A DNA stretch of 64,000 bases from a bacterium (GTDB taxonomy: Bacteria; SAR324; XYD2-FULL-50-16). The position numbers were made by a program, and so were the translations under genes. Under the pieces are notes generated by a model. That model was given only the letters and a program-made list of their open reading frames with translations. It was not told the DNA's origin and made no database searches. Position 1 is the first letter of the stretch. The number at the start of each line of letters is the position of its first letter. Below are positions 1-9,213 of the stretch, in pieces. The stretch is taken from positions 16,293 to 80,292 of the forward strand of contig JAJRZQ010000036.1 in the NCBI GenBank assembly GCA_024275165.1, given 5' to 3'.

Positions 1-1634
1 AGATCACCAAAGACTTCGTTACCGTCGATTTCGGTTACAAGTCCGAGGGCCAAGTCCCCACTCAAGAATTTTTCGATGAAGAAGGTACCCTTCATGTACA
101 AATCGGCGATGAAGCCGAAATCTATATCGAGCGTTTTGAAGATGAAAACGGCCAGGTCGTTGTATCAAAGGACAAGGCAGATAAACTGCGCGTTTGGGCT
201 GAGGTAGGCACCATCTTTGAAAGCGAAGGCACCATCTCCGGGGTGATTACCGCTCGCATCAAAGGCGGCCTCTCCGTCGATATCGGCATCAAGGCCTTCT
301 TACCAGGCAGTCAAGTGGACCTGCGCCCCGTACGCAACCTTGATAAACTCATCAACGAACGCTTTGACTTCAAGATTTTAAAATACAACCCCAAGCGCGG
401 CAACATCGTCTTGAGCCGCCGCGCCATCTTGGAAGTGGATCGCGCCGAACAACGCAAAAAGACCCTGCAACTCTTACAGGAAAACGCCATCATCAAAGGC
501 TTTGTCAAAAACATCACCGATTACGGCATCTTTGTGGATTTAGGCGGGGTAGACGGCCTGCTCCACATTACCGACATGACCTGGGGCCGCATCGTTCACC
601 CCTCCGACATGTACTCCATTGGCGATGAAATCGAAGTGATGGTTTTAAAGTACGACGCCGTCGAAGAAAAGGTTTCCTTAGGCCTCAAGCAAAAACAAGC
701 CAACCCCTGGGACAATGTTATCTCCAAGTACCCCATTGGCACCGAGGTTTCCGGCAAGGTGGTCAGCTTGACCAACTACGGCGCCTTTGTCGAAATCGAA
801 GAAGGCGTGGAAGGCTTGATCCATGTTTCTGAGATGAGCTGGACCAAAAAAGTCCGCCAACCCTCCAGCGTGGTGAACTTAGGCGATGAGGTGACCGCCA
901 TCATCAAAGAAGTGGACACGGAGCAACGGCGCATCAGCCTCTCGATGAAAGAGGCGATGAGCAACCCCTGGAAGGAAATCGCCGACTCTCGCCCCGTCAA
1001 CAGCGTGGTCAAGGGCAAGATTCGCAACATCACCGACTTCGGCATCTTTGTGGGCTTGGAAGAAGGAATTGACGGGCTTGTTCATATCTCGGACATGTCT
1101 TGGTCCCAACGCCAAAAAAACCCCGCCGAGCTTTACCACAAAGGGGATGAAATCGAAGTGAAGATCTTAAACATTGATGTGGACAACCAACGCTTAAGCT
1201 TAGGCATCAAGCAACTGGAACCCGATCCCTGGGAAACCTTGGAAAGCCAAATCAATGTGGGGGATATCATCCAGGGTCAGGTCGTTCATGTCGCGGACTT
1301 TGGTGTTTTTGTCGAGATCACGCCCGGAGTTGAAGGCCTGGTGCATGTCAGCGAGATTGATACCGAGGTGAGCAAAAAGAGTTTAAGCCAGTTCTACCCC
1401 ATCCATAGCGAGGTTCAAGCCAAGGTGATCAATCTCAACTCGGACGAACGCCGTTTGGGCTTGAGCGTAACCGGAATCGTGGGCGATGACGGCGAGGTCC
1501 GCCCCTTAGACGAAGCCATGGACAAACTCAAGGGAGACGGTCAGGCAACGGGCACCGAAGAAGAAGAAGAGCGCCTTCGTCAAGAAGCGCAAGCGGCTGC
1601 CGTTGCTGCCGCGGCGGCTCAAGCAGAAGAATAA
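1..1634 (+). CDS. rpsA: 30S ribosomal protein S1, 3' portion (5' end lies upstream of the window)
   Basis: Frame 3 is open from base 3. Translation begins ITKDFVTVDFGYKSEGQVPTQEFFDEEG and shows repeated S1-domain signatures (GxV..ItdfGaFV.l..gveGLvHiSe...) in at least five repeats. It ends in an acidic/Ala-rich tail and TAA at 1632-1634. Confidence 0.9.
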   Translation, partial: ITKDFVTVDFGYKSEGQVPTQEFFDEEGTLHVQIGDEAEIYIERFEDENGQVVVSKDKADKLRVWAEVGTIFESEGTISGVITARIKGGLSVDIGIKAFLPGSQVDLRPVRNLDKLINERFDFKILKYNPKRGNIVLSRRAILEVDRAEQRKKTLQLLQENAIIKGFVKNITDYGIFVDLGGVDGLLHITDMTWGRIVHPSDMYSIGDEIEVMVLKYDAVEEKVSLGLKQKQANPWDNVISKYPIGTEVSGKVVSLTNYGAFVEIEEGVEGLIHVSEMSWTKKVRQPSSVVNLGDEVTAIIKEVDTEQRRISLSMKEAMSNPWKEIADSRPVNSVVKGKIRNITDFGIFVGLEEGIDGLVHISDMSWSQRQKNPAELYHKGDEIEVKILNIDVDNQRLSLGIKQLEPDPWETLESQINVGDIIQGQVVHVADFGVFVEITPGVEGLVHVSEIDTEVSKKSLSQFYPIHSEVQAKVINLNSDERRLGLSVTGIVGDDGEVRPLDEAMDKLKGDGQATGTEEEEERLRQEAQAAAVAAAAAQAEE

Positions 1635-1670
1635 GGAAGCCTTTATTGACTTAAGGCTCTCAACCATCCA

Positions 1671-1691
1671 GGGAGGCTCAAAGAGCCTCCC
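1671..1691 (+). terminator. Perfect 9-bp stem hairpin (GGGAGGCTC-AAA-GAGCCTCCC) just 3' of rpsA; possible terminator or attenuator, no U-run
   Basis: Seen directly in the sequence. It is followed by CTATCCCCCC rather than a T-tract, so intrinsic-terminator status is uncertain. Confidence 0.3.
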
Positions 1692-1709
1692 CTATCCCCC
1701 CTTCCCGCC

Positions 1710-2576
1710 ATGCGCAAGGAAGACTTCTTTACCTACAAACGACCGATCAAAAAGACTCTGCTCTGGTTGATCCTCATCTCTCTTTTATTGCACCTCTTGC
1801 TGTTTGTTTATTTTTCCCTGCAAAAGGAAGAAAAACCCCCGCAACCTCAAGCAATTGAAGTTGAACTCGCTCCCAGCACCCCCAGCAGAGCCCCGGCAAC
1901 AAAGACAAAAAAGGCAGCGCCAAAAAGCGTGATAAAAAAAAGAGCCCCAAAAAAGGCGAAAGCCCAAGCAAGCTTGCGACCTCCTAAGCTTCGATTAAAC
2001 AGCCAAGTCGAGTCCTTGCAAAGAGAGGTCTTTCGCCTGAGCGACCAGGCCGAAGTTCCCGCCTCCAAAACCTTGACTTCCCCAACCCCCTTCCAAGAGA
2101 GTCCACCCACGCCCCAGGCCCCAGGCAGCCCAAAAACAGCCATTCCCCCCGTTGCCGAGGCCCCGCGCGGGATTTCCGCGGAAGAAACGATTCAAGTCGG
2201 CAAGCTCCCCTTAGAGCCGGGGGAATTCAAACCAGCCAACCCCCTCGCCTCGGCAAGGCCCCAAAAAACCCAGCAACCCGCAAAGTCCAAAGAGGGAAAA
2301 GGCCAAAAAGGATTACTCATTGAAGGAGAGGTCCGAGGCAGGACCATTATTTTTCGCCCTCAGCCCCCGAGATTGAATTTAGCGCAGGATGTAACCGTGA
2401 CCTTGAGCTTTCGGGTGCTGCATGATGGAACGGTGGATCAAATCGTCCCCTTGATCAAGGGGAACGCGAAATTAGAACAAGTCGCCATCGACTTGGTCAG
2501 CCGATATCGCTTTCAGCCCTTAGAACCAGGCGCCGCCCCCCAAAAAGGCACGATTCGCGTTATTCTGACTCGTTAA
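1710..2576 (+). CDS. TonB-family energy transducer-like protein (N-terminal TM anchor, Pro/Lys-rich linker, TonB-like C-terminal domain)
   Basis: The N-terminal hydrophobic helix is LLWLILISLLLHLLLFVYF. A long proline-rich spacer (PPQPQ..., PTPQAPGSP) follows. The C-terminal roughly 90 aa has the alternating hydrophobic pattern of the TonB C-domain (VTVTLSFRVLHDGTVDQIVPL...IRVILT). Confidence 0.5.
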   Translation: MRKEDFFTYKRPIKKTLLWLILISLLLHLLLFVYFSLQKEEKPPQPQAIEVELAPSTPSRAPATKTKKAAPKSVIKKRAPKKAKAQASLRPPKLRLNSQVESLQREVFRLSDQAEVPASKTLTSPTPFQESPPTPQAPGSPKTAIPPVAEAPRGISAEETIQVGKLPLEPGEFKPANPLASARPQKTQQPAKSKEGKGQKGLLIEGEVRGRTIIFRPQPPRLNLAQDVTVTLSFRVLHDGTVDQIVPLIKGNAKLEQVAIDLVSRYRFQPLEPGAAPQKGTIRVILTR

Positions 2577-5139
2577 GGCTGGTAGGCTCAATGGAAAGGC
2601 TGGCATGCAGCTGGGTGGAGAGTTCTTTTAGGTGTTCATTTGCCGCGTCAAAGTTGAACTCGTCGAGTTCCTCAATAATCGGGGTCAACTTGGGAGCGGG
2701 CACGAGGGCAATGATTCTGGATTGATGACTGTGCAACAGGTCTTGGGCGCGAAACCCCTCCCCCCTGGATAAATGCTGCAAGACCAAATCAAAAATCCCT
2801 AAAACCTCTTCCAACTCTACATCCTGCGCGGGCTGAATCTCAAAATTGGAGCCTCTTAACTTGGCAATCACCTTAAGGAGTTGGTTGATCTCTTGCTCCA
2901 ATTCAATAATCTTCCCCACTGCTTCGCTTTGGTTGCCTGCCAAGGCTGCCCGCTCCAACTCCTCAGCCACCCGCCGAACTTGTATCGCGCTGATATTACC
3001 AGAGCTACCCTTGATTCGGTGCGCCGACTGGGCCAGTTGGGTTAAATCATTTTGATCCCGAGCGCGGAAAATTGTCAGCATGATTTCAGACTGCCCCCGG
3101 GCAAAGCTGGTCAAAGCGTCGAGGTACAGCTTCACGCTCCCCCAGCGAAGCACCCCTGCCTCCGTATTTAACCCCGGCATTTCCTGGGGAAGTCGGGCCT
3201 CTGTTTCCGGCGCTTTGACCTTGATTAAAACCGGCTCCCCGCCCAAATATTGCTCTAGGAGTTGGAACAATTCCACAAATTGAATCGGTTTGGCCACATA
3301 TTCATTCATCTTCGCCGCTTCGCAATCTGCCCTCACATCCGCGGGGTCTGAGGCGCTCACCGCAAAAATCGGCAAATCCTCCTCACTACAGCCCTCCAAG
3401 GCCCGAATTTGTTTGCTCGCTTCATAGCCACTCAAATCGGGCAACTGCAGATCCATTAAAATGAGATCCACCGAACCGGTTTGCGCCCTGGTGACCGCTT
3501 CGCTCCCACGGCTCGCCTTTTCGACCTGATACCCCTTTTCCCTTAACCGGGTTGTCAACAGCAGTTGATTGGTGCTGTCATCATCCACCACCAAAATGAG
3601 GTGGTTTGAGGTTGCAGGGGCCGGCTCCGGTGCGGAATCCATCAACAGATCAATTTGAGAGAGCAACGCGGCCCGCTTGACCGGTTTGAAAAGATACCCC
3701 GTACCGCTACATTGCTCGACCTCTTTTAGCTGCGCTGGTTTTAGATAAGAAACCATCAAAATAAAAAGCATGTTTGCGCAGGCGGGGGAGTGTTTCAGAA
3801 GCTTGATCAACTCCAAACCGCCTCGCGCAGAAAGGTTGGCGTCCACCAAGGCAAAATCGACCGGATTGCGTTCCAACTGCGCGATCACCTCTTCCTCGCT
3901 CAAGGCCAAAAGAACTTCCATCTCCCACCCAAGCAACAGATTCTGCAAGGCGTTTAAACTTTCCGGGTCACTGTCGGCAACTAAAACGCGTTTCAAGCCC
4001 TTGCTTTTTAAGTGATAATGCTCATGTGAAAGAGCGGGGCCCGCCAACCCGAAATCGAGAGAAAAGAAAAAACTCGTTCCCCTCTTCACCTCGCTTTTCA
4101 ACCAGATGCGGCCCCCCATCAGCTCGATCAACTGCTTTGAGATCGTCGTTCCCAAGCCGGTACCGCCGTATTTGCGAGTCGTGGAAGAATCGGTCTGGGT
4201 GAAGCTTTCAAAGACCTCGTTAATTTTATCCGCGGCAATCCCAATCCCCGTATCCCGAATTTCAAAAAGAACCCGGACCTCTTTTTTGGGTTTGCGCTCG
4301 ACCTTCATCAGCAAGGCTACCGAACCCTTTTCGGTAAATTTAATGGCGTTGCCCAAAAGGTTTAAAAGCACCTGCCGCAAGCGGGTCGGGTCTCCAATCA
4401 AAGGGGAAGGCATGGCAGGATCCAGATTTAAGACCATATCCAGCCCTTTTTTATGGGCCTCGCTCATGAAGGTATCCAGTACCTCTTCACTCAATTTAAT
4501 CGGGTCAAAGGTGATTTGCTCCACCACCATTTTATGCACTTCCAACTTGGATAAATCCAAAATATCATTGAGCAACTTCAAAAGATTCCTCGCCCCGCCA
4601 TTAGCGGCTTCAATATACCTTCTTTGGGTCGGAGTCAGGTCGGTACTTAAAGACAACTCGGTCATCCCGATGATTCCATTCATGGGGGTGCGGATCTCAT
4701 GACTCATGTTCGCCAAAAAAGAGGACTTGAGTTTCGCTGCCGCTTGCGCCTCTTCCTTTGCGGTGATGAGGGATTTTTGCAAGGCCTTTTCTTCGGTGAT
4801 GTCCCTTAAAACCACCGTATAAAAAAACTCCTCCCCTTGCGGGGTGTGACTGAAGGAAATATACAAGGGGAATAAAACCCCCTCTTTGTTGCGACCAAAA
4901 ACCTCTTTTGTTTGTACATTTTGGTTTTTCCCTAGGAGCGAGAAAAGATATTCCCAAATGTTTTCTTGATCATCGGTCATTAGATGTCGCAAGGGCCGAC
5001 CCATGATATCGGCGGCCCCAAAACCAAAAATTTCTTCCACCGCAGGATTAAAAGAGACAATCTCACCCTGCTCATTCAACACTAAAATCCCCTCCACCAC
5101 ATTCTCAAAAATCGCTTTCAAGCGGCCATAGCTACTCAA
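2560..5139 (-). CDS. Hybrid sensor histidine kinase, C-terminal portion (PAS-HisKA-HATPase-degenerate REC-REC-Hpt). Same frame as 5140..6345 with one TGA between them
   Basis: The PAS-like N-terminus is IFENVVEGILVLNEQGEIVSFNPA. The H-box is ANMSHEIRTPMNGIIGMTEL. The HATPase G-boxes are DTGIGIA...GGTGLGTTISKQLIELMGGRIW. The receiver is HLILVVDDDSTNQLL...DLILMDLQLPDLSGYE. The Hpt motif is AHRIKGSSGNI. The 'start' at 5137-5139 is TTG, immediately after TGA at 5140-5142. Confidence 0.85.
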   Translation of the reverse strand: MSSYGRLKAIFENVVEGILVLNEQGEIVSFNPAVEEIFGFGAADIMGRPLRHLMTDDQENIWEYLFSLLGKNQNVQTKEVFGRNKEGVLFPLYISFSHTPQGEEFFYTVVLRDITEEKALQKSLITAKEEAQAAAKLKSSFLANMSHEIRTPMNGIIGMTELSLSTDLTPTQRRYIEAANGGARNLLKLLNDILDLSKLEVHKMVVEQITFDPIKLSEEVLDTFMSEAHKKGLDMVLNLDPAMPSPLIGDPTRLRQVLLNLLGNAIKFTEKGSVALLMKVERKPKKEVRVLFEIRDTGIGIAADKINEVFESFTQTDSSTTRKYGGTGLGTTISKQLIELMGGRIWLKSEVKRGTSFFFSLDFGLAGPALSHEHYHLKSKGLKRVLVADSDPESLNALQNLLLGWEMEVLLALSEEEVIAQLERNPVDFALVDANLSARGGLELIKLLKHSPACANMLFILMVSYLKPAQLKEVEQCSGTGYLFKPVKRAALLSQIDLLMDSAPEPAPATSNHLILVVDDDSTNQLLLTTRLREKGYQVEKASRGSEAVTRAQTGSVDLILMDLQLPDLSGYEASKQIRALEGCSEEDLPIFAVSASDPADVRADCEAAKMNEYVAKPIQFVELFQLLEQYLGGEPVLIKVKAPETEARLPQEMPGLNTEAGVLRWGSVKLYLDALTSFARGQSEIMLTIFRARDQNDLTQLAQSAHRIKGSSGNISAIQVRRVAEELERAALAGNQSEAVGKIIELEQEINQLLKVIAKLRGSNFEIQPAQDVELEEVLGIFDLVLQHLSRGEGFRAQDLLHSHQSRIIALVPAPKLTPIIEELDEFNFDAANEHLKELSTQLHASLSIEPTSLNESE

Positions 5140-6345
5140 TCAACTGAGGCGCATGCGATTGAAGGCTTCGGTCAAGTCGGTAACCTCGCCCTCCCCCTTT
5201 TCCGGCAGGCTCTCTTGCAGGTCACCTGCGGCAAAACGCCGAGCGGCCTGAGTCAGCTCCATGATAGGCAGAGCGATTTTTTTGGCGCTTCGCAGTGAAA
5301 GCAGGGTGGCCAACAAGATCATCAGGCCAATTAAGAAAACCCCCGAAGCCTTGGCCAACCAGCCGATCTGCACGACCGTTTTCCGGTCTGCCTGCATTCT
5401 TTGGGTCATGATATCGGTTAGAGCTTGCAATCGGTTTTCCAAGGCCTCATCCAAGGGACGATGCACCTTGGTAATCAATTGAAAAGTCCGATTCCAACTC
5501 GGTTGCACACGGTTGAACATCGCCCCCTTGGCAGCGAGCTTATAAGCGGCAAAGTCTTTTTTTACCCTCCTTAGCGCGACTCGTTGGCGCTGGGTCAGCG
5601 AGAATTTCTGCAAGCGGGATAAATAACTCTCAATAATTTCAATGGATTGTTTAAACATCTCTTCTTTGGCGGGCCTCGCGTCATGCAAATAGGCATCCAA
5701 AATACTCCAACCGTAAACAAAATAATGTGAAAAATCGAGCAGGGTGGAAGAAATCAGGGTATCTTTCCCCCCCGCCCGCTTTCGCTCCTCACTCAACATC
5801 AAATCAATATTGTGGTTCAAGCGCTTTGAAAGAGGGGCGACTTCGTGCTCAAAAAGATAACGCGCCGGTTCGTTTTCCTCACTGTGGGCCAACCCTTCAA
5901 TTTGATCTTGAAGCATCTGGTATTGCACCAAATGATCTTTAATTTCATTTAATAAATTCTGAATCTCCTTTGAGTCAGAAAAGATCAAAGCTTGAAAGCG
6001 AGCCAAAGAAGGATAGATTTTCTCCGTCCAAACAGCGCGCCTTTGCTCGACAAATCGAGGGTCGGCAAACTCCATCCAGTCTCGCAGCAAGGTTTGAGAT
6101 TTTTGAATTTGAATATAAACCTGATCAATCGACTCCATGGTAGGCTGAGTCTTATTCACCACCTTAACGGCAATGGTATTCATCCAAAAAATAGCGCCCA
6201 AAGCGACCAACAATAACAAAACCCCTAAACCTGCCAAGGCGAGGTGAGATTGTAAGAGTTGATTGCGCAGGTTTTTTTGGCTGAATTTTTGAAAAAAAGT
6301 CATGAAGGTTTCAGGCTTATTTTTTTTGCTCAGGCTAGCAAACAA
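5140..6345 (-). CDS. N-terminal sensor module of the same histidine kinase (TM1, periplasmic domain, TM2, HAMP), ending at an in-frame TGA
   Basis: The first TM is ALAGLGVLLLLVALGAIFWM, followed by about 270 aa of extracytoplasmic domain. The second TM is VFLIGLMILLATLLSL. The HAMP-like segment is IALPIMELTQAARRFAAGDLQESLPEKGEGEVTDLTEAFNRMRLS. The stop TGA is at 5140-5142 and is in frame with the downstream PAS-HisKA ORF. Confidence 0.7.
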   Translation of the reverse strand: MFASLSKKNKPETFMTFFQKFSQKNLRNQLLQSHLALAGLGVLLLLVALGAIFWMNTIAVKVVNKTQPTMESIDQVYIQIQKSQTLLRDWMEFADPRFVEQRRAVWTEKIYPSLARFQALIFSDSKEIQNLLNEIKDHLVQYQMLQDQIEGLAHSEENEPARYLFEHEVAPLSKRLNHNIDLMLSEERKRAGGKDTLISSTLLDFSHYFVYGWSILDAYLHDARPAKEEMFKQSIEIIESYLSRLQKFSLTQRQRVALRRVKKDFAAYKLAAKGAMFNRVQPSWNRTFQLITKVHRPLDEALENRLQALTDIMTQRMQADRKTVVQIGWLAKASGVFLIGLMILLATLLSLRSAKKIALPIMELTQAARRFAAGDLQESLPEKGEGEVTDLTEAFNRMRLS

Positions 6346-6621
6346 GCCAAAAAGGCAAAAGAGTTTTCTTCCTTATTTCGACGAATGAACAGGGTTTAAG
6401 CCTTTTTTAAAGCTAGATCTATAATCCCATCCGCCTGCTCCATCCACCAAGGCAACTCTACAAAATTTAGAAGGCGCCTCATATTTTCATTCTCTCCCCT
6501 CCCCCAGGCTGCCTTACTGAGCGTATGAAAAAAAATTCATTAGCTTTGCGTTGCCCCTCTTTCGATTTCTTGCTAATTTTTGCGTTCATTTATTTTTTCA
6601 ATTTTTTGATAAAAACAAAGA

Positions 6622-7740
6622 ATGAAAAAGCTTATTCTCAATCTGATCAGCTTCGCCTTGCTGGCGACCCCTGTTTTTGGCTTGGATTTGGCGCCCAACG
6701 CGATGCCTTCCGATGATACCGACAGTGATGCCCACAGCCTGCGCGCCGTAGGGGCCGCTTTGCGCCTGGCCCCTGTTGAGGGGCGGTTTTTTGGGCGTAT
6801 CCGCTCCACCATGGTTTATCATAATTATACCAACGACGCGATCAAATACAACTACCTCGATACAACCAGTGACGCGCGTTTGGGGTACACGGTGAAATCC
6901 CAAGCCGGGGAATGGATGACCTCGGCCACCATTGATTACAATATCGAGTCGGCAGACTCGAAAATTGAGGCCCGTTACCTTTTTGTAACCATTGAAAATA
7001 CGGAGTTTTCCTTTCGTATCGGCAGGCAAGAGCCGGGGGGCAGCACCCTGGGAGGCCGCTACCTGCAAAATATTGATGAAACCTTGGTGATCGGCGAGAC
7101 CATCGGCTTTGGCGATTACCTGACTTTTCGCCTTAAAAAACCGGGCCTACAATTGGTTGTGGGGCGTGCCGCCGGGGGAAATGTCACCGGGGCGGAAGTG
7201 ATCCCCAACCGCGAAGAGGCCTCCGCGCTTTTTTGGCGAACGCACCTAGGCGAATTCGATGTCAGCGCCAGCGTTACAAACATCAATGAAAAGGTGAATG
7301 TTTTAGCCCAGTCCAAAAACTTGGCCGTCCATGGCGCGGAACGCTATCAAAGCGCTGCCGGAGCGATACAGACCCCCTTGGGCCCTGGCCGACTCAGCTT
7401 AAACTTTGACCGCTACAAAAAGGCGCATCTTGACACCCAAGCCTCGAACATCAACAAGCAGACCGATATTTTCTTTTACGACCTGCCCTTTAGCCCAGAT
7501 GACGGCCTAACCTTAGCCTATTCCAAGGAAAAAGAAACCGACGGGAGCCAATACCCGACCCGCTTTGTCAGTACAGATATCGGATACACCTACTCCATGG
7601 GTATTTTACGGCTTTACGGAGCGGTCAACAGAACCCTTTTGACAGACCAAGATGGCGGTACAAATATTAAGGAAACCCAGTTCGGGGTCGGGATGGGGGC
7701 CTTTTCTAACCCTTGCGACAAGGCTCAACCTGCCTCCTGA
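6622..7740 (+). CDS. Secreted protein, probable outer-membrane beta-barrel/porin-like
   Basis: The signal peptide is MKKLILNLISFALLATPVFG. The body is rich in alternating amphipathic beta-strand patterns with Y/G/T/N-rich segments. I recognised no enzymatic motif. An AT-rich promoter region lies upstream, and the stop is TGA. Confidence 0.5.
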   Translation: MKKLILNLISFALLATPVFGLDLAPNAMPSDDTDSDAHSLRAVGAALRLAPVEGRFFGRIRSTMVYHNYTNDAIKYNYLDTTSDARLGYTVKSQAGEWMTSATIDYNIESADSKIEARYLFVTIENTEFSFRIGRQEPGGSTLGGRYLQNIDETLVIGETIGFGDYLTFRLKKPGLQLVVGRAAGGNVTGAEVIPNREEASALFWRTHLGEFDVSASVTNINEKVNVLAQSKNLAVHGAERYQSAAGAIQTPLGPGRLSLNFDRYKKAHLDTQASNINKQTDIFFYDLPFSPDDGLTLAYSKEKETDGSQYPTRFVSTDIGYTYSMGILRLYGAVNRTLLTDQDGGTNIKETQFGVGMGAFSNPCDKAQPAS

Positions 7741-7768
7741 TTAGAAAAAAAACAAGGTGAAGCTTTGA

Positions 7769-7978
7769 GGAACCTCTGAAAAACTCCTTGCCTACCGCTT
7801 GCTCAAGCGGTAGGTTCGCGCCCTTCGGGCTGATTATGGCCCCTGGGGCGCGTCAAGTTTTTCCGTCTTTTCGGTTGCGCATGAAATCCACAACCTCAAC
7901 GCAACTCAATAAGTACCAATTTTTGATTTGGCAAGGCATCCTTGCCTTGTTAGTACCTCTGCGCTTTTCAGAGTTTCC
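7769..7978 (+). repeat. MITE-like element copy A (about 210 bp), terminal inverted repeats GGAACCTCTGAAAAA...TTTTCAGAGTTTCC, internal hairpin CCTACCGCTTGCTCAAGCGGTAGG
   Basis: This copy is near-identical (about 90%) to the reverse complement of 54139..54349, and the first 80 bp resemble 21303..21385. TIRs of about 15 bp are seen directly. Confidence 0.75.
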
Positions 7979-7994
7979 TTAACTCACAAGAGGG

Positions 7995-8288
7995 TCACGC
8001 ATCACCCTTAAAGTCCACCACTTTAACCAAACTTGCGTGCTCTTGCACCCAGGCCCTCACCTTTTGGTGCTCTGGGTGCTCGTTATAAAGGTTTAAGGCC
8101 TCTAAGCTTTCAAAGCTCGCAAACAGCGCCAGATCCATACTGCGCTCGCTCTTGAGTATATCCAGCTCAACTCGCATTTTTTTAATCTCTTGAATCCTTG
8201 CCGGCAAGGCCTCCAACAGTTGCTTTAAATGCTCCACCTGAGCGGGGTTATTCTTTTTCAATTTAAACATCACAATATGTTGAATCAT
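7995..8288 (-). CDS. Dabb-family stress-responsive alpha/beta-barrel protein
   Basis: The N-terminus MIQHIVMFKLKK...HLKQLLEALPARIQEIKKM plus the length of about 97 aa is typical of the Dabb family. The start shares an ATGA overlap with the upstream gene's stop. Confidence 0.65.
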   Translation of the reverse strand: MIQHIVMFKLKKNNPAQVEHLKQLLEALPARIQEIKKMRVELDILKSERSMDLALFASFESLEALNLYNEHPEHQKVRAWVQEHASLVKVVDFKGDA

Positions 8289-9058
8289 GCCAATTCTTTT
8301 TTAATTCTGGTTTCACAGAGGTTTAAAGCTTTCAGTCGCTGCTGCGGGTCCGGTTCTAAAAGCTTTTGCAGGTATTCTTGTTCCACTTCGTTTTTTTTGA
8401 TAAAATAGCGAAAGACCACTCCATATAAAATCTTCAAGCGGGTTGTAAGATCCGCAGAGCCACCAAGCTCTTTTTTCAGTCGTCGCGACTCTTCAAAAGC
8501 CAATTTGGTCACCTTTTCCCGCAGCTTTTGGGGGATTTCCGTTTCCTCCTCCCCTAAGTAAAACTGGGAGAGGTCCATCAAGCGATTAATCTGGACCAAT
8601 ATTTTCCCTAGTTCAGGGGAATCGTCAGGCAGAGCGCTCAGGTTGTCTAAAAAAACCTGACGCAGGTCGGGAGGAGGCAAGGCTTTGACCTCTTCAGGGC
8701 GAAAATCCAAAGGAGTACCCCCTGTTTTTTGATAAAAAAGCTTGGCCAGTTCAGCGTCGAAAAACAACCAAAACTTGGCTTGGTGCCCCTTTTTGCCCGG
8801 GCGAGGCCGTTCTAAAAACCAAAAGAGTTCTCTTTCGCCAAATAAAACTTCCTCCAGTAGAGCAAAGGCATCGAGTAGTTGATCCTCTTGGGTAAAGTCT
8901 AAAAGCTGATTCTCGGTTAAAATCAAGTTCCAACCAAGGCGACTGTAGTCTTTTTGTTCCACGCGGCTTAATTTTTCCGCTTCTTCGAGACAGCGGGCAA
9001 AAAAAGAGGGATAAAAAAATTGTAGCTTGCGTTTTTCAGGTAGGGCTTTGGGGGACAT
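8285..9058 (-). CDS. Hypothetical protein (257 aa), co-transcribed with the Dabb gene
   Basis: A long intact ORF with a 4-nt overlap with the downstream gene. No motif recognised. Confidence 0.5.
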   Translation of the reverse strand: MSPKALPEKRKLQFFYPSFFARCLEEAEKLSRVEQKDYSRLGWNLILTENQLLDFTQEDQLLDAFALLEEVLFGERELFWFLERPRPGKKGHQAKFWLFFDAELAKLFYQKTGGTPLDFRPEEVKALPPPDLRQVFLDNLSALPDDSPELGKILVQINRLMDLSQFYLGEEETEIPQKLREKVTKLAFEESRRLKKELGGSADLTTRLKILYGVVFRYFIKKNEVEQEYLQKLLEPDPQQRLKALNLCETRIKKELA

Positions 9059-9213
9059 AACTCCATTCTCCGTTTGGAAAAAGCTTAACCCAGCCGTTCA
9101 AAAAGGGAAACCCCGCCAAGGGACTATTTACTTTCTCTGCAATAGGCGAAATAATAATTCGAGAATATCTGAAAGTGCCCATCTGTGGGTTTTTTCAATC
9201 TTTAAGGATAGAA

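Noticed and set aside
4106-4702. 198-aa antisense ORF within the hybrid histidine kinase gene
   Set aside because: No motifs, and it lies opposite conserved HisKA/HATPase coding sequence. Long antisense ORFs are expected at this GC content.
9175-9213. Upstream ATG start for the PHP-domain gene
   Set aside because: The 13-aa extension (MPICGFFQSLRIE) precedes the conserved PHP N-terminus. ATG 9214 gives the canonical start context.
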